A stretch of DNA of 46,315 nucleotides, from positions 1 to 46,315 of IMG/VR virus record IMGVR_UViG_3300044711_000125; one strand, given 5' to 3'. Positions 1 through 8,749 of this stretch are shown here, piece by piece. The position numbers and the translations under genes were made by a program. Position 1 is the stretch's first letter, and the number at the start of each line of letters is the position of its first letter. Under the pieces are notes generated by a model. The model searched no databases. It had not been told where the DNA came from and worked only from the letters and a program-made list of their open reading frames with translations. This DNA comes from a virus (taxonomy: Duplodnaviria; Caudoviricetes).

Positions 1-210
1 TCTGTCGCCCGAGGTCGCCGCGCTGGAGCTGTAGCCCGAGGTCGCCGCGCTGGAGCTGTCGCCCGAGGTCGCCGCGCTGGAGCTGTCGCCCGAGGTCGCC
101 GCGCTGGAGCTGTCGCCCGAGGTCGCCGCGCTGGAGCTGTAGCCCGAGGTCGCCGCGCTGGAGCTGTAGCCCGAGGTCGCCGCGCTGGAGCTGTAGCCCG
201 AGGTCGCCGC
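1..210. repeat. 27-bp coding tandem repeat GCCCGAGGTCGCCGCGCTGGAGCTGT(A/C), 7 full units plus partials
   Basis: Units start at 7, 34, 61, 88, 115, 142 and 169; partial unit at 196. Confidence 0.97.
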
Positions 211-615
211 TTTGCCTTCGGCGTTGCCCATTATCCAGGCGAGCCGGCCGGACATTGTCTGATATACGGCCTGGGCCTGGGTGCCGCGGAAAATGACTTC
301 GGCGCAATCGCCGTCGTCGCCGGGGACGACTTTGGCTTTGGGGCCGTCGCCGATGAGGATGACGTTTTCAGGTTTGGCGGAGAAAATGATCCAATTGGCG
401 AGGGCGTCGGGATCCCGGCCGTCGCCGATGCCGAGGCCCCAGGGCCAGCCGAAGAGGCCGCCGCTGTCACAATCGGGTTTGCGGCTCCATTTCTCGGGTT
501 TGACGGGGCCGGATTTTGGCCAGATGAAGCCGTCATGGGTGGTGCCGTCGCGATTGAGGCATTTGACGAGGAGGACGCGGGCGCCGTCGTGGGTGAATTG
601 GTGGGCGGGAGTCAT
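1..615 (-). CDS. N-terminal part of a phage protein with 9-aa tandem repeats (continues at 46315-45875)
   Basis: Hand translation from ATG 615: MTPAHQFTHDGARVLLVKCLNRDGTTHDGFIWPKSGPV...GLFGWPWG...GNAEGK(AATSG[Y/D]SSS)n, open to the window edge; not in the ORF track. Confidence 0.85.
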   Translation of the reverse strand, partial: MTPAHQFTHDGARVLLVKCLNRDGTTHDGFIWPKSGPVKPEKWSRKPDCDSGGLFGWPWGLGIGDGRDPDALANWIIFSAKPENVILIGDGPKAKVVPGDDGDCAEVIFRGTQAQAVYQTMSGRLAWIMGNAEGKAATSGYSSSAATSGYSSSAATSGYSSSAATSGDSSSAATSGDSSSAATSGDSSSAATSGYSSSAATSGDR

Positions 616-656
616 GGGGAGGTGAGAGGTTAGAGGGGCGAGGGACGAGTTAAGGG

Positions 657-1709
657 TTAAGAGCTGCTGCGGCTGGTCTCGGCGACACAGCCGCGCTCCG
701 CTGGGAATTGGCGGAGGCGGAGGGCTTCGGGCCATTCGGCGGGGTCGCCGCCTTTTTTGTGTTTCAGCTTCAACGGTCCGTCTTTGATTCTAACCTTGCA
801 AGCGCCGGATAGTGGACCGCTCAACGCCACCATTTCTCCTTCGTAATCACGCCTCGGGTCAGATCCCAATTGCTTTACGAAGCAGGGGACGCCGGCGGCC
901 TGGCATTGCCGGATGACTGAGGTGATCCATTCGATGTTGCAGGGCCTGGCGCCGGGGCCGCTTTCGCCGCCGACTATTATCCAATCAATGCCGTCGCCAT
1001 CCTCTCGCGCAAGGGTGTGATCTGGATTTCGGTTGAACGAAAGGCCGCATACGCTTGTTAGCCTAACCGGACCGAGCAGGGGCTCGACGGAGAGGAAGCG
1101 GAGATTGGCCGGGATTTTTAGGAGCGCGGGGATGCGCTCGTCGGCGCGGGGCTGGTCTTCGACGGAGACGCCAAGCCAGACGTTGGCGGGAGGCTGCTGC
1201 TGAATCCATCCCTCGATAAAGTCCGCGGTTTCACCGTCGCGCGTTCCAGATTTCAAATCGGTTCCATTGAGGTAGCTGCCTGTAGCGATGAGGCGGTCGA
1301 AAAATAACTCTGGCCGTTTCGTTAATAAAAGCCAGTCGAGGTTGGGGGTGTCGTGGATGAGTTTGAGGAAGTCGGCGAGCCATTCGATGGGGACTTCGTC
1401 GTCGAGCCAGTCGCAGAGGGAGGGGAAGATGCGGGGGCGAGGCGGAATGTTTCCTATCTCATGCTGCGAGTTGATTTGATCGTTCCAGCGGAGAGCGTGC
1501 TTCCAAAATGTTTTTGTGCGGTACCGCGGCGCGCCTGGTCCCCAGTGGCTGACGGGGTTGAGTTTGGTGCCGCCGCCCATGGTGCGGCTGAAGCGTTGGC
1601 GGTCGAGGGTCTCGGCGTAACAGTTTTTGCAGCCGGGGCTGACTTTGGTGCAGCCGATCCAGGGGTTGCCGGTGGAGGTGGCCCATTCGATTTTGGTGAG
1701 GGAGCTCAT
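657..1709 (-). CDS. Phage Gp37/Gp68 family (DUF5131) protein
   Basis: TKIEW...NPWIGCTKVSPGCKNCYAE, WLLLTKRPE, NVWLGVSVEDQ, RFLSVEPLLGPV, DWIIVGGESGPGARP, FVKQLG. Start moved to ATG 1709 because the upstream in-frame part is repeat sequence. Confidence 0.92.
   Translation of the reverse strand: MSSLTKIEWATSTGNPWIGCTKVSPGCKNCYAETLDRQRFSRTMGGGTKLNPVSHWGPGAPRYRTKTFWKHALRWNDQINSQHEIGNIPPRPRIFPSLCDWLDDEVPIEWLADFLKLIHDTPNLDWLLLTKRPELFFDRLIATGSYLNGTDLKSGTRDGETADFIEGWIQQQPPANVWLGVSVEDQPRADERIPALLKIPANLRFLSVEPLLGPVRLTSVCGLSFNRNPDHTLAREDGDGIDWIIVGGESGPGARPCNIEWITSVIRQCQAAGVPCFVKQLGSDPRRDYEGEMVALSGPLSGACKVRIKDGPLKLKHKKGGDPAEWPEALRLRQFPAERGCVAETSRSSS
666..694 (+). repeat. 29-bp hairpin element, copy 1
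   Basis: GCTGCGGCTGGTCTCGGCGACACAGCCGC in the 3' end of the DUF5131 gene. Confidence 0.95.
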
Positions 1710-1770
1710 TTCAGAGGGGCGAAGTTGATAGCCAATAGCGGATAGCGGATAGCGAATAGCGGATAGCGGG

Positions 1771-2163
1771 CTACTTTGGTTTTCCTTTCGACGGGCTTTT
1801 GATGATGGCTTCAAGTCTGTCCGCGAACTCCTTCGCCGGTTCCGTAGCGGCATTTCCAAACTGGTAGCCTCTCAAAACATGAATCAACCCATCGGCTAAA
1901 TCTCTTAGTTGCGCATTTTTGGCGGCGTCCACCGTCCGAAAGTCCTCATTGGTAATGCTTTTAGACAAATCCATGCCAAGTGCCTTCGCACAAATCTCGC
2001 CGCCGTTGGCAGCGCTGATTTTATCATTCGGCTCAGCACCGTAAGTTACGGTATGCAGTAGCTTATGTTCGTGGTTCCAACCACAGATGATTACAACTTG
2101 CTTATCGAAGTCGCGGGCTATCTGCCGAGCAGTTTCAACCGGAATGGCGAGATATGGTTTCAT
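1771..2163 (-). CDS. Hypothetical protein (130 aa)
   Basis: Protein-like composition; lower-GC patch lacking the surrounding strand bias. Confidence 0.75.
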   Translation of the reverse strand: MKPYLAIPVETARQIARDFDKQVVIICGWNHEHKLLHTVTYGAEPNDKISAANGGEICAKALGMDLSKSITNEDFRTVDAAKNAQLRDLADGLIHVLRGYQFGNAATEPAKEFADRLEAIIKSPSKGKPK

Positions 2164-2172
2164 GTTAAGTTT

Positions 2173-2409
2173 TCAAAGTAGCCCACTACCCGAATAGCAG
2201 ATGGCAAATGGCAAAAGGGAAACGGCGGAGCGGAGCGTATCCCAAAGGCGCTGTTTTTTGTGGAGGAGCATTTGTTGCTGGAAGGCAGCGAATTCCGGAT
2301 CAAATCGGACGATGGCGACGCGGCGCTGTTCTGGCGTGCGATCGTCGAGGAGCCGCTGCAGGCCTGGCAGGACATAGCTTCGGTTGTGAAATTTGCGGCG
2401 GCGGATCAT
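2173..2409 (-). CDS. Hypothetical protein (78 aa)
   Basis: Start overlaps the stop of the upstream gene (ATGA); the C-terminus runs into a repeat. Confidence 0.55.
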   Translation of the reverse strand: MIRRRKFHNRSYVLPGLQRLLDDRTPEQRRVAIVRFDPEFAAFQQQMLLHKKQRLWDTLRSAVSLLPFAICYSGSGLL

Positions 2410-3326
2410 GGGCGGGTGTGGGCCTGGAGCTTTCGGTGGATTTCGCGTTTGACCTGGTCCCAGAGGGCGCGGCCGGGTGTGGTGCGGATTTTGATCTCGC
2501 CGGAGGTGACGCCGGCGGAGAGGTAACTGAAGGCGCGCTGGACGGCAGGGAGGTGGTCGGTGAAGATGCCGGCGCCGTGGAATTGGACGCGGCCGGCGTC
2601 CCAGTAGTTGGGGTGGAACCAGTCGCGATCGCCGACGAAGGAGCGGACCTGGTCCGCGAGGTCCGAGGGGCGAGCTGCGGAGATATCTCCGCAGGGCGCT
2701 ACGTTACGTTCTGAACGTTCCGGAACGTTTGATCGTTTGAACGTTTTACGATCAAACGTTCTGAACGTTACGTTGGGATCTGCTGCGGAGGAATCTCCGC
2801 AGGGCGGATCGGCCCTTGAATCAAGGGTTTGCGGGGTTGCGGAGGGTGCTGCGGAGATATCTCCGCGAGGGAATCTCCGCGAGGGAATCTCCGCAGGCTG
2901 CGGAGGGATCTCCGCAAGTTGCTGAGATATCTCCGCCGTCATGCTGGCGAGGTGCGGACCGGCCGTTAGGGGCAGTTCTTGGTTGATGGTTGATGGTTGA
3001 TGGTTGAAACAATCGGCCCAGCCAGGGAGTTGGTCGGGTGCAAGACGGAATTTGGCTTCCGCCACGTCCACCGCGAGCCAACCGGCACGTCGCCAATCGT
3101 CGAGGAGAGGTTTGAGTTCGTTGGTGTAGCGCCATTTTTTGCCGAGCCAGGCGAGAAAGGCGGTTTCGGACCAGATGCCCCAGGAGCGGCCGAGGGCGAA
3201 GCTGTCGAGGGCGAGGCCGAGGTAGAGCTGGCGCTGGCGTCCGACGGCGAGGCCGAGACGGCCGTTGCGGAGAGCCTGGCAGACGCGGAGGAACAAACTT
3301 TGATAGTTTATTGGGTCAGGTTCCAT
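2406..3326 (-). CDS. Putative replication initiator (lambda O-like layout)
   Basis: Folded N- and C-terminal parts joined by a linker encoded by iteron-like palindromes and an AT-richer tract. Function is inferred from architecture only. Confidence 0.55.
   Translation of the reverse strand: MEPDPINYQSLFLRVCQALRNGRLGLAVGRQRQLYLGLALDSFALGRSWGIWSETAFLAWLGKKWRYTNELKPLLDDWRRAGWLAVDVAEAKFRLAPDQLPGWADCFNHQPSTINQELPLTAGPHLASMTAEISQQLAEIPPQPAEIPSRRFPRGDISAAPSATPQTLDSRADPPCGDSSAADPNVTFRTFDRKTFKRSNVPERSERNVAPCGDISAARPSDLADQVRSFVGDRDWFHPNYWDAGRVQFHGAGIFTDHLPAVQRAFSYLSAGVTSGEIKIRTTPGRALWDQVKREIHRKLQAHTRP
2675..2937. repeat. Candidate replication origin: seven ATCTCCGC iterons/palindromes around an AACGTT-rich tract
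   Basis: Perfect palindrome CTGCGGAGATATCTCCGCAG at 2675-2694; ATCTCCGC at 2685, 2793, 2859, 2873, 2887, 2908 and 2929; ACGTT-rich tract at 2701-2774. Confidence 0.65.
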
Positions 3327-3379
3327 GAAGTCTGATTAAGGCTTGCTAATGGAGCGGATTTGGGTTAAGGAGAATTTGT

Positions 3380-3646
3380 TCATGGAGTTGGCCTGGCGGC
3401 CGATTTCAGGCCCGGAGTTTGGCTCGCGCCCTCCGGGCTCTTTTTTTGAGGGACGAGGGGTGAGGTGCGAGGGGCGACAGGAGCCCCGGTCGCGTCGGAG
3501 ATGGCTTTCATTGCGATGCCGGCGATCTGGCCCAGGGCGAGGATAAGGCTCGAATCTACCGGGGGATTTTCTTTGGGATAGGGATAGGGGAGTAGAGCCA
3601 GGTCCTGGATGGCTCGCAAGAGGATGAGGTGTTTTTCTTGGTTCAT
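3380..3646 (-). CDS. Hypothetical protein (88 aa)
   Basis: Translationally coupled to the ATPase gene (ATGA overlap). Confidence 0.6.
   Translation of the reverse strand: MNQEKHLILLRAIQDLALLPYPYPKENPPVDSSLILALGQIAGIAMKAISDATGAPVAPRTSPLVPQKKSPEGASQTPGLKSAARPTP
3410..3447 (+). terminator. Possible intrinsic terminator, antisense to the early operon
   Basis: Stem GCCCGGAG/CTCCGGGC followed by TC and seven T. Confidence 0.4.
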
Positions 3647-5106
3647 AGTTGGCGGAGGCGGACGAGGTCGCCTTGGGTTTCGATGAGGCCGTTGCGTTTG
3701 AGCCAGCTCATGTACGCACGGAAGGTGCTGGATTTGAAGGAGACGCCGGCGAGGGTTCCGAGCTGGGGTTTGGTGAGTTCGGGGCGTTCGATCAAGGTTT
3801 CGAGGAGGCGGCGGCAGCCGGCGCGTCCGGCTTTGGCGAGCCAGGGTTCGAAGGCGGTGGAGTTGACGTGTGTTGAGTGTTGGGTGTTGAGGTTTTCGAA
3901 CAGACTTTTCAGGGAGTCGTACTGGGGGCGGAGTGCGTCGCGGACCAGGGCGAGGCGGCGTTCGGCGTCGGCGCGGAGGGATTTTTCTTTGGCGAGTTGA
4001 TCGTTGAGCGAAGCCATGTACTCGCGGTCGTAGCTGACTCCTGGGTTGTTTGGATCACGGATGGACTCGGACGGGTCGGACGAATCAGACGAATCGGACG
4101 GATGCGAGCGAGGGGAGAGGGCGCGGAATCCTTCTGGGGGCGCTGCGGCTGGTCTCGGCGACACAGCCGCGGTCCGGGCCGCGGTCCGTGGGCCGACTGG
4201 GACCTGGTGCTTGGCGAGCTGGCGTTTGAGGCGTTGGACGAATTCGCCGGCGTCGGACATGGAAACGGCTTTGGGGGCGACGCCGACGGTGCGGGTTTCG
4301 CCGGGGTGAAAGGTGAGCCGGGCGCGGATCCGGACGCGCTCAAAAAGATTCAACCAGTGTGGGCTCCAGAACCAGGCGTGGCCGTTGGGCAGGCCGGCGA
4401 GTTCGGCGAGGAATTTTTCGAGGCCGCGGGCGGTGGCTTTGGCTTGGATCCATTCTTCGAGGGCTTTGCGATCGTGGGGGCCGGTGGTGCGGAGGACGAA
4501 GAGGTTTTCGCATTGGCTGAGGACGTCTTTATCGACGGTGGCGGGGCGCTGGGAGATGAGGGTGCAGCCGTAGCCGCGGTTGCGTCCGAGTCGGATGAGG
4601 CGTTCGATGGCTTCTTTGCATTGGGCGGTGAGGGCGACTTTGGTGCGCTGGGGGACGAATTCGGGGGCTTCTTCGATGAAGAGATGGCGCGGTCGGTCGG
4701 GATTGAACTGCATGAGGGCGAGGCAGAAGTCGGTGAGGAATTGGCGCCAGGTGTGTTTGCTTTCCATGGAGACGTCGAGAACGGCGAAGATGTTTTCGCT
4801 GACGAGGGCTTCGGCGATCTTTGCGCCGGCGCGTTTGTCGAGGGGGAGGTCGCCGTGTTCGCCGCCGATGACGACGACGGGAAAGCCTGAGGGCTGGCCC
4901 TGGGTGTTGGAGCGGAGGCCCCACCAGACGCCGACGGGATCGAAACAGATCCAGGGGAGTGAGGCTTTGCACATTTCTTCGGCCATGACGGAGGCGGTGA
5001 CGGTCTTGCCGGCGCCGCGGATGGCGAGGATGGCAAAGGTCTGGACGCTGGCGTCGGGCGGGAGGGCGAAGGTTTTGCCGGAAGTTGTTAAACCCAGATT
5101 AAGCAT
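3643..5106 (-). CDS. HerA/FtsK-like (DUF87-type) ATPase with C-terminal winged-helix-like region
   Basis: Walker A AIRGAGKT, FDPVG, Walker B LFIEEAPEF, GRNRG and LISQRPA motifs. Confidence 0.85.
   Translation of the reverse strand: MLNLGLTTSGKTFALPPDASVQTFAILAIRGAGKTVTASVMAEEMCKASLPWICFDPVGVWWGLRSNTQGQPSGFPVVVIGGEHGDLPLDKRAGAKIAEALVSENIFAVLDVSMESKHTWRQFLTDFCLALMQFNPDRPRHLFIEEAPEFVPQRTKVALTAQCKEAIERLIRLGRNRGYGCTLISQRPATVDKDVLSQCENLFVLRTTGPHDRKALEEWIQAKATARGLEKFLAELAGLPNGHAWFWSPHWLNLFERVRIRARLTFHPGETRTVGVAPKAVSMSDAGEFVQRLKRQLAKHQVPVGPRTAARTAAVSPRPAAAPPEGFRALSPRSHPSDSSDSSDPSESIRDPNNPGVSYDREYMASLNDQLAKEKSLRADAERRLALVRDALRPQYDSLKSLFENLNTQHSTHVNSTAFEPWLAKAGRAGCRRLLETLIERPELTKPQLGTLAGVSFKSSTFRAYMSWLKRNGLIETQGDLVRLRQL
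4142..4170 (+). repeat. 29-bp hairpin element, copy 2 (in frame inside the ATPase gene)
   Basis: Exact copy; read as AAVSPRPAAA on the minus strand. Confidence 0.95.
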
Positions 5107-5151
5107 AATGATTTAACCACAGAGATACAGAGGCACAGAGAAGGAATTCAT

Positions 5152-5577
5152 TCATGGGATGATGATGCGGGGTTCGTCGGCGGGGACGTCGTGGGCGGGG
5201 TTCCAGCCGGCTTCGCAGAGGGCGGCGAGTTCGGGGGTGATGGCGAGTTCCATGTGCAGCGCGAGGGCAATGTCATGGCAAATGTCGTGGGTGGGGCCGG
5301 CGAATTGCGGGTGGCGGAGGAGGAGCTGGAGGCCGGCCATTAGGCTGAAGGCGTGGTGGCCATCGAGATGGAGAACGATTTTTTTGCCGATGATGGGTTG
5401 ATAGAGTTCGAGCAGCTCGGCCTGGGATGGATTGGGGTTGAGCTCGGGGAGGCAGGCGCTGCAGATCTCGGGGCCGGACCAGTGGCAGGGGCCGGCGGGG
5501 GTGGAGCAGGGTGTGGTTTCGGTGCAGCCGCACTGACTGCAGGTGCGAGGTGCGAGGTGAGAGGGGCGAGTGCTCAT
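5152..5577 (-). CDS. Hypothetical protein with N-terminal Cys-rich (Zn-binding) motif
   Basis: CSQCGCTETTPC...CHW...CSAC; ATG 5577 overlaps the upstream stop. Confidence 0.75.
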   Translation of the reverse strand: MSTRPSHLAPRTCSQCGCTETTPCSTPAGPCHWSGPEICSACLPELNPNPSQAELLELYQPIIGKKIVLHLDGHHAFSLMAGLQLLLRHPQFAGPTHDICHDIALALHMELAITPELAALCEAGWNPAHDVPADEPRIIIP

Positions 5578-6572
5578 TTGGATTTGGGTTTGAGTTTGCG
5601 GAGGCGGCGGTCGGCGGCGTTGCGGAAGCGGACGGAAAGATCGGAGTTGGTTCGGATTTGGTTGAGGTACTGGCGATCGGTGGATTTGCGGATGGCGGAA
5701 AGGACGGGAGGGCGAGCCAATGCGGAGCGCGGAGCGCGGAGTGCGGAGTCGGACGAGCGCGCTGCGGCTGGTCTCGGCGACACAGCCGCGGTCCGGGAGG
5801 AGGCGGAGGCAGAGGCAGAGGGCCTTGCCGCTGCGGCCTGGTCCCAGGTGGAGGTTTTGGTCATCCATTCGCGGTGCAGGGATTTGGCGGAGTCGAAGAG
5901 GGATTGCATTTGCTGGCGGATTTCGACTGTGGCCGGCGCCGAAAGATCGAGCAGGAGGCGGCGGAGGTGGCGGATGGCGCTGGTGGTGCCGCGGGTGGAG
6001 TCGAGGAAGGCTTTTTGGCCGGAGTCTGACGTGGCGGACGTTTCGGACGGGTCTGACGGTTCGGACTGCAGGCGGAAATCGAGCTGGCTATCGACTACCT
6101 CGCGGACATCTTTGGCGGTGATGGGGCGGTCGGCGGCTATCTTGGCGACTTTTTTCCAGGCTTCGAGGCGGCGCTCGGGGGCGAGGGCGGCGAGGGGGCG
6201 GATTTGGGATTCGGTCGTTGGCAAGGAGTCGGAGGCAGAGCCAGAGCCAGAGGAAGATATTTGGCGCGATAGGTCGGAGTGGATTTCGGCGGCGGCGATC
6301 ATTTGGTTGGCGCGGCGGCGTCCAAAGTCGAAGCGTTGGAGGCAGTAGTCTTCGAAGGATTGCCATTTGAAGCGCCAGAGCCGGTTGTCTTTGATTTCCT
6401 GGAGGGCGAGCCCGACGTGGACGAAGGTTTCGCGGCCGGCTTCGATGATTTTCTCGAGGTCGATGAGGCGGCTGGCTTCGGCCTGGCTGAGCATGTGGCG
6501 GGCGGGGCCGATGAGGGCGACGCCGGCGCGGCCGCCAGTGGCGAGGGACGAGGGATGGGGGATGGTGTTCAT
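5574..6572 (-). CDS. Conserved phage early protein, likely DNA-binding
   Basis: VGLALQEIKDNRLW...SFEDYCLQRFDFGRRRANQMIAAA...PTTESQIRPL is a recurrent phage protein pattern. Confidence 0.75.
   Translation of the reverse strand: MNTIPHPSSLATGGRAGVALIGPARHMLSQAEASRLIDLEKIIEAGRETFVHVGLALQEIKDNRLWRFKWQSFEDYCLQRFDFGRRRANQMIAAAEIHSDLSRQISSSGSGSASDSLPTTESQIRPLAALAPERRLEAWKKVAKIAADRPITAKDVREVVDSQLDFRLQSEPSDPSETSATSDSGQKAFLDSTRGTTSAIRHLRRLLLDLSAPATVEIRQQMQSLFDSAKSLHREWMTKTSTWDQAAAARPSASASASSRTAAVSPRPAAARSSDSALRAPRSALARPPVLSAIRKSTDRQYLNQIRTNSDLSVRFRNAADRRLRKLKPKSK
5761..5789 (+). repeat. 29-bp hairpin element, copy 3 (in frame inside a CDS)
   Basis: Exact copy. Confidence 0.95.
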
Positions 6573-6578
6573 GGGAAT

Positions 6579-6791
6579 TTAACAGGAGCAAACGGAGGAA
6601 TCTTGGCCGGCTGATCGCGCGGCAGAGAGTCTAGCCCGGAGGAGCTGACATCTACGCTCGCACAACATTAGGCAGAAGAAACAGATGCAAAAGCCGATGC
6701 CGTTAACGCCGGCGAGGAAATTGCCAGCGAGGAACGCAAAAATGCTATCGATGGCCCAAACCGTCAGGATGGCATAATTCCAGGGGTTCAT
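6579..6791 (-). CDS. Small membrane protein
   Basis: MNPWNYAILTVWAIDSIFAFLAGNFLAGVNGIGFCICFFCLML: two hydrophobic segments; ATGA coupling. Confidence 0.65.
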   Translation of the reverse strand: MNPWNYAILTVWAIDSIFAFLAGNFLAGVNGIGFCICFFCLMLCERRCQLLRARLSAARSAGQDSSVCSC

Positions 6792-7054
6792 AGGTTGAGA
6801 TCGAGGTATTGCCAGTGGAGTTGTTTGCCGTGGCGCTGGGCCCATTCGAGGACGTCGAGGCAAACGGCCAGGGCGCTGGGCCGATCTTCAAAGCGGATGG
6901 AGCGGCAGCGGGTGGTGTTGAGCCTGATGGCGGCGCGATAGAAGATCTCGCCGGAGAGTTTGTAGCGGCCAATGACGGCGGTGGCCGTTGCGGGAGGTGA
7001 GAGGTCCGAAGTGCGAGGTGCGAAGTCCTGATTGGCTGAGGGTTGAGGGTTCAT
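6788..7054 (-). CDS. Hypothetical protein (88 aa)
   Basis: Coupled start/stop overlaps on both sides. Confidence 0.6.
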   Translation of the reverse strand: MNPQPSANQDFAPRTSDLSPPATATAVIGRYKLSGEIFYRAAIRLNTTRCRSIRFEDRPSALAVCLDVLEWAQRHGKQLHWQYLDLNL

Positions 7055-7443
7055 GGGAGCGCGGCATGGTTGAGGGTTGAGTGTTGAGGGGCGAGCGCGC
7101 TGCGGCTGGTCTCGGCGACACAGCCGCGGTCCGTGCGGAGAGGGGGGCCGAGGCGGTAGATATCGACGGAATAGACCTGGGCGGTGACGTCGAAGGGGCG
7201 GGCGAATTCCAAAGCGTAGGCGGGTTGGGCGAAGAGGCGCGCGCGGGTCATGAATTGGGTCCAGCCGCGGCGGCCGTTAATGAATTGCTGGCGATCGGGG
7301 GGCGAGCCGCGGGCGAGGACGAAGCCGGTGCCGGTGCGGGAGAGGCGGTCGGTGCGGAGGGCGGCGGCCTGGTCGGGTTTGAGGCGATGCCTTTCGAGGT
7401 GAGATGGACGAGGGGCGAGGGACGAGCGTTGGGTGGCGCGCAT
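7051..7443 (-). CDS. Hypothetical protein
   Basis: ATG 7443; protein-like core with repeat-derived ends. Confidence 0.5.
   Translation of the reverse strand: MRATQRSSLAPRPSHLERHRLKPDQAAALRTDRLSRTGTGFVLARGSPPDRQQFINGRRGWTQFMTRARLFAQPAYALEFARPFDVTAQVYSVDIYRLGPPLRTDRGCVAETSRSALAPQHSTLNHAALP
7099..7127 (+). repeat. 29-bp hairpin element, copy 4
   Basis: Exact copy. Confidence 0.95.
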
Positions 7444-7648
7444 GCGGTGGTTGAGGGTTGAGGGTTGAGGGCGCGGGAAATAGCGAATAGCAAATAGCAA
7501 ATAGCAAATAGCAAAGGGCTCAGTTGAACAGGTGGGGGGGCAAATCCGAAACCGTTTAGGAGTTGCTCGGCCAGTTTGGCTGTCAGGCGAGCGCGGCGGG
7601 CATCGGATTCGCGGTGGTGCCAGGCCCAGCGGGGCGGCATTGCGAAGA

Positions 7649-8044
7649 TCAGGCCCTGGATGGGGAGGCAAGAGGAAGCGACACCGGGTTTGACGGCGAA
7701 GGAGAATGAGAAGCTGGCTTGGGTGGTTGGATCGGTTGTGTGGGGGTCGAGCATACAGTGGGTTGATGGTTGATGGTTGATGGTTGAGACGCGAGGGCGG
7801 TCAGGATGCGGGTGACGGCGGCGTCGAGTTCTTCGCGGAGGGCGGCGCGGAGAGTGTCGGTGGCGGCGCCGTTGTCGCGGCGGCCGGTGGTGAAATAGGC
7901 TTCGAGATCCAAGCGGCGATAGATGCGGGAGCGGCCTTTTTTGCAGGAGGGGATGTCGCCGGCGGCGGTGCGCTCGGCCAGGGCGGTCCGCTTGATGGGG
8001 AATTGGGCGAGGACCTGGTTGGGGGTGAGCCAATCGGTTTTCAT
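7649..8044 (-). CDS. Excisionase-like HTH DNA-binding protein
   Basis: MKTDWLTPNQVLAQFPIKRTALAERTAAGDIPSCKKGRSRIYRRLDLEAYF fits the Xis/HTH_17 pattern. Confidence 0.75.
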   Translation of the reverse strand: MKTDWLTPNQVLAQFPIKRTALAERTAAGDIPSCKKGRSRIYRRLDLEAYFTTGRRDNGAATDTLRAALREELDAAVTRILTALASQPSTINHQPTVCSTPTQPIQPPKPASHSPSPSNPVSLPLASPSRA

Positions 8045-8198
8045 GGGGGCGGAGGCCGGAGTAAGCGGCAAATAGCGGATAGCGAATAGCAAATAGCCAA
8101 TCGCAAACGCAAAAGGCCCGCGCGGCGCCGGGGCGATGTAGCTGGCCTCCGATGGGATGTCGGGGTAAGCAAGCCGGCTGCCGCGCGGGAAAGTGGGT

Positions 8199-8417
8199 TC
8201 ATGGGTGAGGTGATAGGGGTGAGGGGCGAGGGGCGATCGGTGCGAGATATCCCTGGATGCCATCGGGGCCGACATCGATGCGGACGAGGCCTTCGCGGGC
8301 GCCGATGTTGAACATCGATCTGATCGCGTACTGCATGGTCGTGCTTTTCCATGGGACGAATAATTTCGGATCCGCTAGGGGATCTTCGGGAGGATTGATG
8401 AGGACTTCGAAGCTCAT
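8199..8417 (-). CDS. Hypothetical protein (72 aa)
   Basis: ATGA coupling to the upstream gene. Confidence 0.6.
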   Translation of the reverse strand: MSFEVLINPPEDPLADPKLFVPWKSTTMQYAIRSMFNIGAREGLVRIDVGPDGIQGYLAPIAPRPSPLSPHP

Positions 8418-8749
8418 ATGGTTTTGCCTTTGCTGGGGAGGCGATGAACCAAGTAAACCAAGTGCTGACGAACGGTCTCGTTGATCTCAATAAGGGTATC
8501 GCTGCGGACGCGGGTGAATTTATGGGCGCGTTCCAGGCGCGCACGATGGAGGAGGAAGGCTTTGACGGCGGCGCGATTCAGAAAACAGGTTGGATTGATT
8601 GTCCGCGGCCTCGAGGCAACGGGCGACTCGCTGGCCCTTGCCGGATTTTTTAACGCCTCGATACCGGCAAGCTCGCTGGGAGCGGCCGCGGACAAAGCTT
8701 CCCATTCGGGGCCCTCGAGGAGGCGGTTGGCGGCGGGGGAGGAGATCAT
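8414..8749 (-). CDS. Protein with C-terminal histone-fold-like segment
   Basis: FLNRAAVKAFLL...FTRVRSDTLIEINETVRQHLVYLVHRLPSKGKTI: helix, RV loop, long helix, GKTI end. Confidence 0.55.
   Translation of the reverse strand: MISSPAANRLLEGPEWEALSAAAPSELAGIEALKNPARASESPVASRPRTINPTCFLNRAAVKAFLLHRARLERAHKFTRVRSDTLIEINETVRQHLVYLVHRLPSKGKTI

Noticed and set aside
1-210. True direct terminal repeats of the virion DNA
   Set aside because: The shared end sequence is an intragenic tandem repeat; an assembly break on a circle is the simpler explanation.
7248-7754. Additional minus-strand CDS from ATG 7754
   Set aside because: The first ~80 aa are plausible, but the frame runs on through repeats and overlaps both neighbours; boundaries cannot be supported.
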